This document shows positions 43,801 to 55,582 of a stretch of 64,000 nt of DNA, in pieces; position 1 is the stretch's first letter; every line of letters starts with the position of its first letter. The translations under genes and the position numbers were made by a program. The stretch spans positions 25,452 to 89,451 of the forward strand of contig NIVC01003587.1 in assembly GCA_002269645.1 (NCBI GenBank). The letters run 5' to 3'. Source of the stretch: Macrostomum lignano. Its lineage: Eukaryota. The notes beneath the pieces are model-generated. The model saw only the letters and a list, made by a program, of their open reading frames with translations, searched no databases and was not told where the DNA came from.

Positions 43801-45897
43801 CAGTTTTCCTTCCCTAAAGATAGCTGGTGCGATGGGGTGGCGGGTGTTGGCTATGTACATTGGCTCAGAATGGAGAGCGAGGAATCCAGTTTTCCTTCCC
43901 CAAGGATAGCTGGTGGGATGGGGTGGCGGGTGTTGGCTATTTACATCGTCCAAAGTTAGATCCTGGAGTCTGTCAATAGCGCTTTTCTATTCTCTATTCC
44001 CTTTCCTTTTCAAGTTAACGTGTGTTGTGGTCCTTGCGCACACTTTAGGAAATCACACAGGCACGCACCTTTTTACACATACTGGTGGATGAAGTTAGGA
44101 ATGAAATATGCAAAAATACATGAAATCCTTGATAATAATAGAAACATCTTCTGGCCAGGGTAAAAATCCTTAATATGCAGGAACACACACTAGCTAGTGA
44201 CTGGCCTTTTCATTGCCGCAATGTCAAAAGGGATTTAAAGTTCTGTATGAGCTGACTATTCCCTTTTCCTCGCTCAATGCAAGGCTTTATCTTCAAAGTA
44301 CTCAAAAAAGCTGTGCTTCACGTGTATGCCTCCGTCCCCATTCACGCCCGCACTGCCTCAATTGCCCACGTCAATCGCTAATGAAGCGCCGAGCCTCCTG
44401 TGTCAGTGCAATGCAACCCAAGCGGCTAACGGTTTGTTGCCAGCCAGGCAACCCAGGCTTAAAGAGTGAGAAAGTACTAAGCTGCTGGGCGCAGAAAAAG
44501 AGTACAAGAGAAAATTAACCAAGTGGAAGAAGCAAAATCACTACATGTTACTTACACATTGTAAAACAGAAATCCATGTTTTCTGTTTCGTCCTAAATAG
44601 TTAACCACGGATAACTCAATAACAAATCATTTGCTTATAGCTTATGAATTTTACTTCTCAGTACCCGAGATTTGCTCACGCTGCTGCCATGCAAGAAAAC
44701 CCCATACGTTCTCAAATGTTCCTTGGCTTCGTATCGCTAGTTGGATAGGCTTCTGCGGAGTTGCACTCCAGCAAGGCCAGAGACAGATAAAAGAGTTTAT
44801 CTGCAAAAGCCGTTTGAGTTGGGAGTTCTCATTTACAGAAAAAAAGTGTTTACGCACCGCCAAGAACGGGTTGCCTCTGCCGTTATTCACAGCTAGTTGA
44901 CAACAATTCTCATAGAAAATCGTTGGGAGCGACAATCTTTGCTCGGATATGTCAAGGTTGAAGACGGTCAATAGCATCGCGAAACTTGATAACATACCCA
45001 TATATCTGACTAAGAATACTTTACTGACGCCTTAAGTCTTCCCTAATATTTCTAATCACCTACTATGGCACATTCATAAGCCACCCCTGACATTTATTAG
45101 CCACCCCTGACATTCATTAGCCACCCCTGACATTCATAAGCCACCCCTGACATTCATCAGTCACCCCTGACATTCATTAGCCACCCCTGACATTCATTAG
45201 CCACCCCTGACATTCATCAGTCACCCCTGACATTCATCACTCACCCCTGACATTCATCAGTCAGCCCTAACATTCATAAGCCACCCCTAACATTCATCAG
45301 CCACCCCTGACATTCATTAGCCACCCCTGACATTCATTAGCCACCCCTGACATTCATCAGTCACCCCTGACATTCATAAGCCACCCCTGACATTCATCAG
45401 TCACCCCTGACATTCATTAGCCACCCCTGACATTCATCAGTCACCCCTGACATTCATTAGCCACCCCTGACATTCATCAGTCACCCCTGACATTCATTAG
45501 CCACCCCTGACATTCATCAGTCACCCCTGACATTCATAAGCCACCCCTGACATTCATTAGCCACCCCTGACATTCATCAGCCACCCCTGAAATTCATAAG
45601 CCACCCCTGACATTCATAAGCCACCCCTGACATTCATAAGCCACCCCTGACATTCATCAGCCACCCCTGAAATTCATAAGCCACCCCTGAAATTCATAAA
45701 GTCTCCGCTGACATTCATAAAGCCTCCACTGACAAATTCATAAAGCTACCCTTGACACATTCACATAAAGCCATCTCGACTCTCCTTACCTTTTTAGTCA
45801 GAGCAGTTGGCACTGCATTGGCATGCGGCCTAATCACTGGGTTGAGCTGCAGAATGCTCTCGATATCCTGCGCATGCTTGCTCATCAGATCCGACAT
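28872..45897 (-). CDS. DPYD: Dihydropyrimidine dehydrogenase [NADP+], ~1046 aa
   Basis: Exons 45897-45790, 42937-40577, 35816-35726, 30119-29752, 29084-28872; GT-AG, phases consistent, 3141 nt. Motifs [45 protein letters not shown], active-site loop [19 protein letters not shown]-terminal 4Fe-4[12 protein letters not shown] and [12 protein letters not shown]. Confidence 0.96.
29128..29740 (+). repeat. 29/32-bp minisatellite (CTAGACAACTCTAACCTCTGTAAGA[CACC/GTGCACC]), ~20 units, DPYD intron 4
   Basis: Two unit variants arranged in blocks; fills almost the whole intron. Confidence 0.93.
30287..30620 (+). repeat. 21-bp minisatellite (TTGGTTGCTAGGGTCTTCGAA), DPYD intron 3
   Basis: 6 near-perfect units followed by degenerate ones. 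Confidence 0.9.
31598..34842 (+). repeat. 14-bp satellite (AGACATTAGACACC), ~230 units, DPYD intron 3
   Basis: 14-bp period, itself AGACATT+AGACACC; variant units GGAGATT, GGACATT, CTAGAC. Confidence 0.97.
35545..35721 (+). repeat. 14-bp C-rich repeat (AAAACACCCACCCC) abutting DPYD exon-3 donor
   Basis: Direct repeats; GGGGTGGGTGTTTT on the pre-mRNA strand. Confidence 0.9.
36354..36972 (+). repeat. 16-bp minisatellite (ACTGTCTGACTCTCCG), ~38 units, DPYD intron 2
   Basis: 16-bp period (16-aa periodicity in ORF 36197..36655). Confidence 0.93.
37697..38237 (+). repeat. 42-bp minisatellite (CTGTAGTCTATGGCCAGGCTCAAGTGAGGAATAAATGCAAGT), ~13 units, DPYD intron 2
   Basis: Three variant blocks (TACAACT x2, TTACAAC x3, TGCAAGT x7). 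Confidence 0.95.
39199..40456 (+). repeat. 29-bp minisatellite (CTACTGATTGAGAAGTCTAAAGGTCAAGG), ~43 units, DPYD intron 2
   Basis: 29-bp period (39241 vs 39270); internal ~415-bp block duplication. Confidence 0.95.
43235..43945 (+). repeat. ~86-bp minisatellite (CAGAATGGAGAGCGAGGAATCCAGTTTTCCTTCCC...), ~8 units, DPYD intron 1
   Basis: Period 86 (43421, 43507, 43593); two units carry small insertions. Confidence 0.9.
45075..45718 (+). repeat. 20-bp minisatellite (CCACCCCTGACATTCATTAG), ~32 units, DPYD intron 1
   Basis: 20-bp period; degenerate units continue towards the exon-1 donor. Confidence 0.95.
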
Positions 45898-46424
45898 GGC
45901 TGCTTCCGGTAAATTGTATATAGCTAGCAATGCTAATTCTAAGTTGCATTCACGCAGTCCAGGGTTGCTGTTGCGCCCAGGGGAGACAAGTCAGGTGATA
46001 GGCTGAACTCTATAATTTATAGACACCTAAGGCAGTGATATTATGCAGCTGATAAGCGCTGGGGCCCTGGGGAGGGGGGAGGCTCGCCCCCTAAGCTCGT
46101 GTACAAGCTCTGCGTGTAGTTTAGTCAGTGCCTCACCTTATCTCGGGCAGAGAGATACCTAGTATTAGCGCCATGGAGTTCATTTGTTTGTACAATTAGC
46201 GACAAGTAAAGTGGTGAAGTGATAGTTTTAGTGACAGAAAATGAGTTTATTTTAAACTGACAAGCAACTAACTCGTAGGTTCGCCACACAGTGCAGTCAC
46301 TACACGGGACGAAATTCTATGTACGAAGCATTTTAAGTACATCGTCACATTTAATCACGTGAAATTTAACTAGTTCACTATGCAAATACGTGGATCTGGT
46401 CTATGATCTGTGGTCTAATTTTCT

Positions 46425-47370
46425 GCATATTGCACTGTCTAATGTTGTTGGTTCAAGTTTCTGCATATTGCTCTGTCTAATGTTGTTGGTTCAAGTTTCT
46501 GCATATTGCTCTGTCTAATGTTGTTGGTTCAAGTTTCTGCCTATCGCTCTGTCTAATGTTGTTGGTTCAAGTTTCTGCATATTGCTCTGTCTAATGTTGT
46601 TGGTTCAAGTTTCTGCCTATTGTTCTGTCTAATGTTGTTGGTTCAAGTTTCTGCATATTGTTCTGTCTAATGTTGTTGGTTCAAGATTCTGCCTATTGTT
46701 CTGTCTAATGTTGTTGGTTCAAGTTTCTGCCTATTGTTCTGTCTAATGTTGTTGGTTCAAGATTCTGCCTATTGTTCTGTCTAATGTTGTTGGTTCAAGT
46801 TTCTGCCTATCGCTCTGTCTAATGTTGTTGGTTCAAGATTCTGCCTATTGTTCTGTCTAATGTTGTTGGTTCAAGTTTCTGCCTATTGTTCTGTCTAATG
46901 TTGTTGGTTCAAGTTTCTGCCTATTGTTCTGTCTAATGTTGTTGGTTCAAGTTTCTGCCTATTGTTCTGTCTAATGTTGTTGGTTCAAGATTCTGCCTAT
47001 TGTTCTGTCTAATGTTGTTGGTTCAAGTTTCTGCCTATTGTTCTGTCTAATGTTGTTGGTTCAAGATTCTGCCTATTGTTCTGTCTAATGTTGTTGGTTC
47101 AAGATTCTGCCTATTGTTCTGTCTAATGTTGTTGGTTCAAGATTCTGCCTATTGTTCTGTCTAATGTTGTTGGTTCAAGTTTCTGCCAATCGCTCTGTCT
47201 AATGTTGTTGGTTCAAGTTTCTGCCAATCGCTCTGTCTAATGTTTTTGGTTCAAGTTTCTGCCTATCGCACTGTCTAATGTTGTTGGTTCAAGTTTCTGC
47301 CAATCGCTCTGTCTAATGTTGTTGGTTCAAGTTTCTGCCTATCGCACTGTCTAATGGTGTTGGTCAAATG
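46425..47370 (+). repeat. 38-bp minisatellite (CTGTCTAATGTTGTTGGTTCAAGTTTCTGCCTATTGTT), ~25 units, upstream of DPYD
   Basis: 38-bp period (46441 vs 46479). Confidence 0.95.
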
Positions 47371-48662
47371 TTTTATGTTTCTATGTATATATCTTCTACG
47401 AGCATGTGATCCTTTCTTAGTATCTGTCTCACTGCCTCACATTTCACCAGTGCATAGTCTTTCTGTGTACTATTTAATTGCAGTAGGTCCTTTTATCCAT
47501 CCCATTTCTTTATTGGTCAGTCTGGTTGTCCATAAAAATCATTCCACAAAGACCTTCCTGCACTCCATAGAGCCCCAATTTTCACAGATGATTGACTCAC
47601 AAAATGGACTCGCAGAATTCCGGAGCAGCTCCATCAGAAACTGAATTCTTTCATCTCTGGGCAAAAATGAAAGCAACTCTGATTGCAAAAACTAAAGTTC
47701 TCCAGCACCGACTGAATGAACTGAATGATCCAGCCCTGGACTAATTCCTTTGCATTCCGCATGGGGCAGGATATTAATGCATTAATATATAGAAATAAAC
47801 TGCCATATAGGCGTAAATTGAAATTATCAATCAGCCCGAAAAAATGATTGAAAGCATTCAATATAATCGCGACCCCCAGCTCCCAGGCCACCCAAGCTCA
47901 ATGGTATTAAGAAACTGCAAAAAACCCGAGAAGAGTCTGAGGAGGAAACAGCTCTCCCCCCCACAAATCTTCCAAGTCAACGAGGCTTCCCATGGTTTTT
48001 CTCTCCTTCTCCTAATCTTTCTCCCAAATTTCTCCTCTTCATTTCCCAGTCAAACTGGTCGATTTTCAGCCGAGCCTTGCAGCCCAGAAGTCGCAGGGCA
48101 CCGCAGAACTTGCGGTCAAGCAAAGCGCGAAACTTAGCGTAGCTGTATATGAGCTCATTTATGAATAAAACTGCTCATACATCCTATATAGTAATAGCAC
48201 ATATAGCCTTAGGCGTCAACTAGAGGCCATCCGCAACCCTCACACTCCTTTCTCGCCTCTTCTTTGCTCAATTCATTTTTCATAACTGGCCGTTCAATAA
48301 AGCCACGGGATGAAAACTTCTCCACCGCGGCAGGGGGGCGAAGGGGAGACGAGCAAGAAATTAAAATGCTAGCTGAGCTTCTGGGTCGGAATGAGATGTG
48401 AATCCGGTGCGGAATGGCGCTATGCGGGCTGCTGGGCCGGCTCAACTTTAATTGGATTTTTCATCTCCCGCCTATCCCCCAGACTTTTCACACAGACTTA
48501 TTGTGGCAGAAACAGACTGGCAAATGTAAATATGTATTCATTGAGGACTTATGGTCAAAATTTCAGGGTGTTTAGGACGCGGTGAAATGCTGGGGGCGTT
48601 GCTTAGACAACGATAAGTCAACGGTTGGGCATTCAGAATAAAAGAAAAGACAGTGTCTCATG

Positions 48663-48715
48663 CATGGACAACTAGAGTAGTTGTCCACTCTAGTTGTCTA
48701 CTCTAGTTGTCCATG
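48663..48715. mobile_element. 53-bp hAT-like miniature inverted-repeat element
   Basis: Perfect 18-bp TIRs CATGGACAACTAGAGTAG / CTACTCTAGTTGTCCATG; 8-bp TSD GTCTCATG at 48655-48662 and 48716-48723. Confidence 0.8.
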
Positions 48716-49320
48716 GTCTCATGCCATAGAAAGATCAATGAAAAGTGTCTCAGGCCATGAAGATCGCAAAAGGCATATTATGAAAAGCAATCATAGAAAT
48801 TAAATACTCCCAGAATGTAAGCGCATTATCCGTGGTTCAATCTCGTCAGAAATTTTGAAAGCATTGACTTCCCAAAATAACTATTAAACCATTGAAAAAT
48901 TCCATTTTCATAGGCTCTAATGCGTTTTAATATAGTCTTTTGAATTCTATTTTCGTCATTTTGCATTCCGTTTAGACAGTTGCGCCAGTACTGAGCAAAG
49001 GAGTTTTTTCTCAGACAGAACTTATTAATTCTTTTTGCTGCATTTCATCCTTTCTCAATTCTGATCTTCGGTGCTTCACCGTGTATCTTTGATCAACTGA
49101 ATTACCTTTTTCCGTCTATGTCGGTCTAATGGACGAGACCTAACCTTCTGGGAAATGGGAATTCTCAACTTGGCTGACAAAAGCAATAGGCTCAAGCGCT
49201 CGTGCATGTGACAAGCAATCTAACACAGCTGAGCCGCGTTAACGCGTGGGGAAATGCCAAAAGTCATAGTTTGTCTCAAGAAGAAAGTATGTTTTAGACA
49301 GACCTTGCTCAAACTCAAGA

Positions 49321-49645
49321 GAGCTGATAGCTTAGTGGTTGGAGCGTCAGACTCACGACTTACAAGTCGGGGGTTCGATTCCGAATACCAACTGGAACAA
49401 TTTGTGTCTTTAAGCAAGACACTTTCCCTGCATTGCTTCAGTTCACCCAGCTGTAAAATGAAAATGGGTGCCAGCATTAGCCGGGGTAATTGAGGGTGTG
49501 TGTGGCGACCCCCCAGTCCTTGGACTGAACAGCCGTACGCAGCCTTCAGATGCACCGCGCAATAGCTGCGGCTGAGCTGTCGGTTGCACATCTGCCCATT
49601 GGGACAGGTGTAATCAATTATAGCTCGGATTACTATATTATTACT
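49321..49645 (+). mobile_element. tRNA-derived SINE with CORE (MIR-like) domain
   Basis: A box TAGCTTAGTGG 49328-49338, B box GGTTCGATTCC 49372-49382; then TGTGTCTTTAAGCAAGACACTTTCCCTGCATTGCTTCAGTTCACCCAGCTGTAAAATG, similar to MIR CORE (TGTGACCTTGGGCAAGTCACTT..CCTCAGTTTCCTCATCTGTAAAATGGG, recalled); possible TTA-type tail ~49630-49645; 3' end and TSD uncertain. Confidence 0.7.
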
Positions 49646-50306
49646 CGAACACATGATTACTCGAACACGCTCGAACACAGTACCTTGGAACTGCGAGACA
49701 GACTGCGGTCCCGGTGCCCGGTGCCACTGCTTGACCGTCTTCTCGCATTTCTGGCCACCAGCTAATTAGCATATGATGTCTTGAAATGAATGGCCGACTG
49801 AACTAAATTTAATAAAGGCCGAAATAAGCTCCCGAAAATAATTTTCAAGTAAAGATAGTCGCGTAATGACGGCCACCATAATAAAATTATCAGGCAGATT
49901 CTTGTAGGTAATCAGCGGCGGAACGATTTTCCATTGACATTTCAAGCCCAGAGTAGAAAGATAATTACTGTTCACTCCATTGATCTCTTTCTTCTTTTCT
50001 GGGGCCGACATAATATATAACCCATTTTGAATTTCAGTGAAAACAGGCCGTGGACTACCCTCACCCCGAGCTGTTCTATCGATATGCATTTCGTGCTCCG
50101 CACTTCTGTTGGCCATTGACATCCGAATTAGAAGCGGGCGGCGGTTGTACCATGATTTCCTAAGAAAGTGCTCCTTCATCAAATGAATCCATTCCGTGCC
50201 CGCTACTTTTGTCTATGGTTAATGCTTAGTGGCGCCCTCGAAATGATGAGACAACACAGCGCTGTCAATGGATTTGAAAGCAGGAATGAGATGGAATCCT
50301 CCGACA

Positions 50307-50444
<138 letters not shown>

Positions 50445-50445
<1 letters not shown>

Positions 50446-51945
50446 ATCTTTATGGCCTGAGACACTATTTTCATTGATCTTTATGGCCTGAGACACTGTT
50501 TTCACTGATCTTTATGGCCTGAGACACTGTTTTCATTGATCTTTATGGCCTGAGACACTGTTTTCATTGATCTTTATGTGTGCGCTTCAACCATAGACGA
50601 ATAAAACCATGGGTCTTAAAGCATCAAAGCGCTGCTTCTAGGAAATTCGTAGTTTGAACGTCTGCTTCAACGTTGTTGAGCTAAATCGTCAGCTTTGGTG
50701 CATCTTTGACAGGATGTTGAAATAATCGTTAAGAAAATACGAGCTATGGACTCAATTTTCGGACCTGAGACACTTTTCATGATCTTTATGGCCTGAGACA
50801 CTGTTTTCATTGATCTTTATGGCCTGAGACACTGTTTTCATTGATCTTTATGGCCTGAGACACTGTGTTCATTGATCTTTATGGCCTGAGACACTGTGTT
50901 CATTGATCTTTATGGCCTGAGACACTGTGTTCATTGATCTTTATGGCCTGAGACACTATTTTCACTGATCTTTATGGCCTGAGACACTGTTTTCACTGAT
51001 CTTTATGGCCTGAGACACTGTTTTCACTGATATTTATGGCCTGAGACACTGTTTTCATTGATCTTTATGGCCTGAGACACTGTTTTCACTGATATTTATG
51101 GCCTGAGACACTGTTTTCACTGATCTTTATGGCCTGAGACACTGTTTTCATTGATCTTTATGGCCTGAGACACTGTTTTCATTGATCTTTATGGCCTGAG
51201 ACACTGTTTTCACTGATCTTTATGGCCTGAGACACTGTTTTCACTGATCTTTATGGCCTGAGACACTGTTTTCATTGATCTTTATGGCCTGAGACACTGT
51301 TTTCATTGATCTTTATGGCCTGAGACACTGTTTTCACTGATCTTTATGGCCTGAGACACTGTTTTCACTGATCTTTATGGCCTGAGACACTGTTTTCATT
51401 GATCTTTATGGCCTGATACACTATTTTCATTGATCTTTATGGCCTGAGACACTGTTTTCATTGATCTTTATGGCCTGAGACACTATTTTCATTGACCTTT
51501 ATGGCCTGAGACACTGTTTTCATTGATCTTTATGGCCTGATACACTATTTTCATTGATCTTTATGGCCTGAGACACTGTTTTCATTGATCTTTATGGCCT
51601 GAGACACTATTTTCATTGACCTTTATGGCCTGAGACACTGTTTTCATTGATCTTTATGGCCTGATACACTATTTTCATTGATCTTTATGGCCTGAGACAC
51701 TGTTTTCATTGATCTTTATGGCCTGAGACACTATTTTCATTGATCTTTATGGCCTGAGACACTATTTTCATTGATCTTTATGGCCTGATACACTATTTTC
51801 ATTGATCTTTATGGCCTGAGACACTGTTTTCATTGATCTTTATGGCCTGAGACACTATTTTCATTGACCTTTATGGCCTGAGACACTGTTTTCATTGATC
51901 TTTATGGCCTGAGACACTGTTTTCATTGATATTTATGGCTTGAGC
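50445..51945 (+). repeat. 31-bp minisatellite (GATCTTTATGGCCTGAGACACTGTTTTCATT), ~42 units, interrupted at ~50579-50762
   Basis: 31-bp period (51122 vs 51153). Confidence 0.95.
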
Positions 51946-52835
51946 TTTCAAGGAAGGATTTACTATGAATTAGCACTGCAACTGGCAACGTTTTTACCAT
52001 AGACTACTATGAAATTTTCAGTAGCCAATCGGTGCGAACTGGAGCTTCGCGGAGCAAATTTGTTACCCCTTAAAATTTAATTCAAAAAAGCAATCTACGG
52101 TTTTATTCATCACATGGCTTCAAACCTCGTTTCAACACTACAGCGACTTTTGTGAAGACCGAAAAGCAGTCATCTGAAAATGTTCACCAACATTCAGGCG
52201 TATGCATTTAGCTTCTCAAGTTTCAACCAAATCGTTTTTTTGTTGTTAAACTTCAGGTCGAGTGCTCCGTGTCTGTGTGAGAGTCAATGTTTCTGCTCTG
52301 CACTCTGTGAGCATGCTCACTGATTCTCGGACGGCTTAAAAATGTTGCAAGAGAGCGGTGCATGGCTCAATGTATAACGGTTGAGATGTTCAGGGTTTGA
52401 AAGCAGCTTAAAAATTGAGTAGGCTCAGAAGACAGCATACTGTTCAGCAATTGCAGTGCACTTCCTAAATTCCTTTGAAAACAATCCCCTCAGTCAGGCC
52501 CGGCTGCCCCTCAAATCCCAAGCCTCGCCCATTTCTCTTAGTCCTCCGGTTCGTCTCTCCTCCTCTTCTCACTGGTTCAATTTGCCCTCAGCCAATGGCG
52601 ATTCATCCAGCAGATTAAAGATGGATTTCCTAAGCTGCTGAGCGAGTGAGGGAGAGAGACACAGAGAGATTGGGGGAGAGGCCCTCATAACTGAGACAGA
52701 GTAACTGCCCAGAGATTGAGATGCTGGTCACGATCTTGAGCTGAGCTCCAACCGAGAAGACAACCTCAGCTGAGCACCGCGGGTATTCAATTTGAACAAA
52801 AAGCCACGAACTGAGACAAGCTGAGCACCGCGGGC

Positions 52836-53570
52836 ATGTCCTCAACAGCCGGGAACCCAGTCATCGAGCTGAATGTCGGCGGTGTCATCTTTGCCACCAC
52901 GCTGGAGACGCTGCGGAGCGAGTCCGACAGCCTTCTGGCCGAGTGGTTTCAACAGCCGGAGAGGCACCTGGCCAAGGACAGCCAGGGCCGCTTCTTCATC
53001 GACCGGGACGGCCAGGCGTTCGGCCAGCTGCTCAACTGCCTTCGCGATGGCGGCGACGCCCCCGTGGTGGTCTCCTCGTCCAGCATCTGCAGCCGACTCC
53101 GACTGCGCACCGAGGCCACCTTCTACGGCTTGAAAGGCGTCCTGGCGTCGTTGGACCGCGGCTGTCCGCAGCCGGGCTTCGACGCTGCCGGCCCCGCGTC
53201 CGCCTGCATCACCGTCGGCTACCGCGGCACCTTCGCCTTCGGACGCGACGGCCTCGCCGACGTGAAATTTCGCAAGCTGACGCGCATCCTGGTGGCCGGG
53301 CGCATCTCTCTGTGCCGCCAGGTGTTCGGCGACACGCTGAACGAGAGCCGCGACCCGGACCGCGGCGAGGACGACAGGTACACCAGCCGGTTCTTTCTCA
53401 AGCACAACATCCTTGAGCAGGCCTTCGAGATGCTGTACGACGCCGGCTTCAGCATGGTGGGCTCCTGCGGCTCCGGCACCAACAGCAGCATGACGGACGT
53501 GAAGCCGGGCCAGGACAACGAGGAGACGAAGTGGCAGCACTACAATGAGTTTGTGTTCGTCAGGAACTGA
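52836..53570 (+). CDS. KCTD12: BTB/POZ-domain protein of the KCTD8/12/16 (Drosophila Ktl) subfamily, intronless, 244 aa
   Basis: T1-type BTB (VIELNVGG..TTLETL, FFIDRDG, EATFYGL); H1 domain (ITVGYRG, KFRKLTRILVAG, VFGDTLNESRDPD, RYTSRFFLKH, EQAF, YNEFVFVR); no H2 domain; orthology to a single vertebrate paralogue cannot be resolved. Confidence 0.9.
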   Translation: MSSTAGNPVIELNVGGVIFATTLETLRSESDSLLAEWFQQPERHLAKDSQGRFFIDRDGQAFGQLLNCLRDGGDAPVVVSSSSICSRLRLRTEATFYGLKGVLASLDRGCPQPGFDAAGPASACITVGYRGTFAFGRDGLADVKFRKLTRILVAGRISLCRQVFGDTLNESRDPDRGEDDRYTSRFFLKHNILEQAFEMLYDAGFSMVGSCGSGTNSSMTDVKPGQDNEETKWQHYNEFVFVRN

Positions 53571-53912
53571 CAGCTCCTGTTTCAGAAGAGAAATTCAAAC
53601 TAGCTGTTGAAGAGTGATTTCAAATTGGTTTTAGACTACTCATTTAACTGTCACTTTTAATGTCTGTAGTATTTAATTATTGCCCATGAAATGGAAATAT
53701 ATTTTCCGCTCATTTCTAGTCTTCTAGATCACATTAATAACTCTATCAGCTCTTCAACCAAAGCTTTCATTGCTTCTTCGCTACGAGCTGCTCTACTTCA
53801 AGTAATATTTGATGGATACGAAATGATTAATGATAGTCTGTCGGTTTGTAAGTTAAAAGGTCACCGCATCCGCGAGTGAAGGGCGGCGACAGAAGTAGCT
53901 ACTCGTAGGGGA

Positions 53913-54385
53913 GAGGCGCCAAACAGAAGATGAAAAAGGGCGCCAAACAGAAGATGAAAAAGGGCGCCAAACAGAAGATGAAAAAGGGCGCCAAACAGAA
54001 GATGAAAAAGGGCGCCAAACAGAAGATGAAAAAGGGCGAAGGGCGCCAAACTGAAAGAGAAAAAGCGCCAAAACGAATGATAAGGAGGGCGCCAAACTGA
54101 AAGGGAAAAAAGACCTTTTTCCGTTCGGCGCCAAACCGGGCGGCGCCAAACTGAAAGGGAAAAGGATGCCAAACAGAATATTAAAAAAGGCACCAAACCA
54201 AAAGAGAAAATGGGCGCCAAACTAAAAAATATATAAGAGGTGCCAAATCAAAATAGAAAAAAAGCGCCAAACCGAAAGAAAGGGCGCCAAACTGAGGGTG
54301 AAAAGAGGCGCCCAAATGGAAAAAAGAAGGTGGCGGGAATCTTATCTGGAAAAGGACGCCAAACAAAACGAGAAAGAGGCGCCAT
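53913..54385 (+). repeat. 24-bp repeat (GGCGCCAAACAGAAGATGAAAAAG x5) grading into degenerate GCGCCAAA-anchored units
   Basis: Five perfect units, then ~12 diverged ones. Confidence 0.85.
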
Positions 54386-55242
54386 AGACAGAGGAAGTCG
54401 CGTCAGAACTCGACAGACTTTACTGCAGCCATTCAAACCGGCCGCAAGTCGCAAGCGAGAGCCAGCTGGCACAGGAAGACAGTCTGCATGGGCACAGGAC
54501 CGGGTACGCGCTGGTGTCACTCGCAAACTCGCCGAAACTAATGAAGCTTCAGCCAAAAAGCTTGCTGTTTCTAAGAAAACTAGAAAATCAATTGGCCAAT
54601 TCTCATCAGGGCAGCTGTCACCTGGAGCCGCCTGGCCGCAACAGACATTCCTCAGTTCTCAAAGCTTAACTTCTCCCATAAGTTCCTTGCTGGGCCACTG
54701 TTGGGAAATAAAGCCAAGAAGCTTTTAATTAAATTACGCTGTCAGCAACAGAACGAAGCAGGACAAAAAGAATTTTCTGAATAAAAGTGCAGCCAGACAG
54801 AGAAACACCGCGGGTACCTGTGGATATACAGCACATAAAAGAGGTTCTCGTACAACTTTGGCTGGGGCAAAACGGCTACTGCAGTGCAGGATTATATTTA
54901 CGTAGTTGATGGATGACTGCATTGCTGCTTCTGAAGCCAGAATCCATCATTCTCTGGCTCAACTAGCTGAATATTTTGTGTTTCTGAGAGCCCTGCAGTC
55001 TCCTGAGAAGGTTTTTAGCAGAATTCTACCTGTTCAAACAGCATTAGTGCCGCGACCGGTTAGAGAGCATGCTAGAGTACATTGGTGTTTGATTTGGTCT
55101 TGAGTTCACGAACTCTGACGCATGCAGCTAAAGTATTAATCAGATGGGATATTGTTCCCATGCACGAGACTATCGACATCTACTCTCCTATGTAGTCAAA
55201 ATACCACTCCTAATCCGCCCTCAGAGAATCCGTGTTGAAAAA

Positions 55243-55582
55243 GCACTCCCAATCCACAGAGAATCATTCCCAGTCCACAGAGAATCACACCCAATTAACA
55301 GAGAATCACACCCAATCCACAAAGAATCACTCCCAATCCACAGAGAATCACTCCCAATCCACAGAGAATCACTCCCAATCCACAGAGAATCACTCCCAGT
55401 CCGCAGAGAATCATTCCCAGTCCACAGACAATCACTCCCCGTCCACAGAGAATCACCTCCAATCCACGGACAATCACTCCCAATCAACAGAGAATCACTC
55501 CCAATCAACAGAGAATCACTCCCAATCAACAGAGAATCACTCCCAGTCCACAGAGAATCACTCCCAATCCACAGTCACTCCC
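55243..55582 (+). repeat. 21-bp minisatellite (CACAGAGAATCACTCCCAATC), ~16 units
   Basis: 21-bp period. Confidence 0.92.

Noticed and set aside
49560-49645. SINE 3' end as partner of the LOA element in this window
   Set aside because: No similarity to the LINE 3' UTR, stem-loop or TAAG tail.
44213-50182. Short ORFs at 44213, 44631, 44651, 47354, 47634, 48209 and 49766
   Set aside because: No recognisable motifs, no GC3 bias like the real exons, and no splice support.
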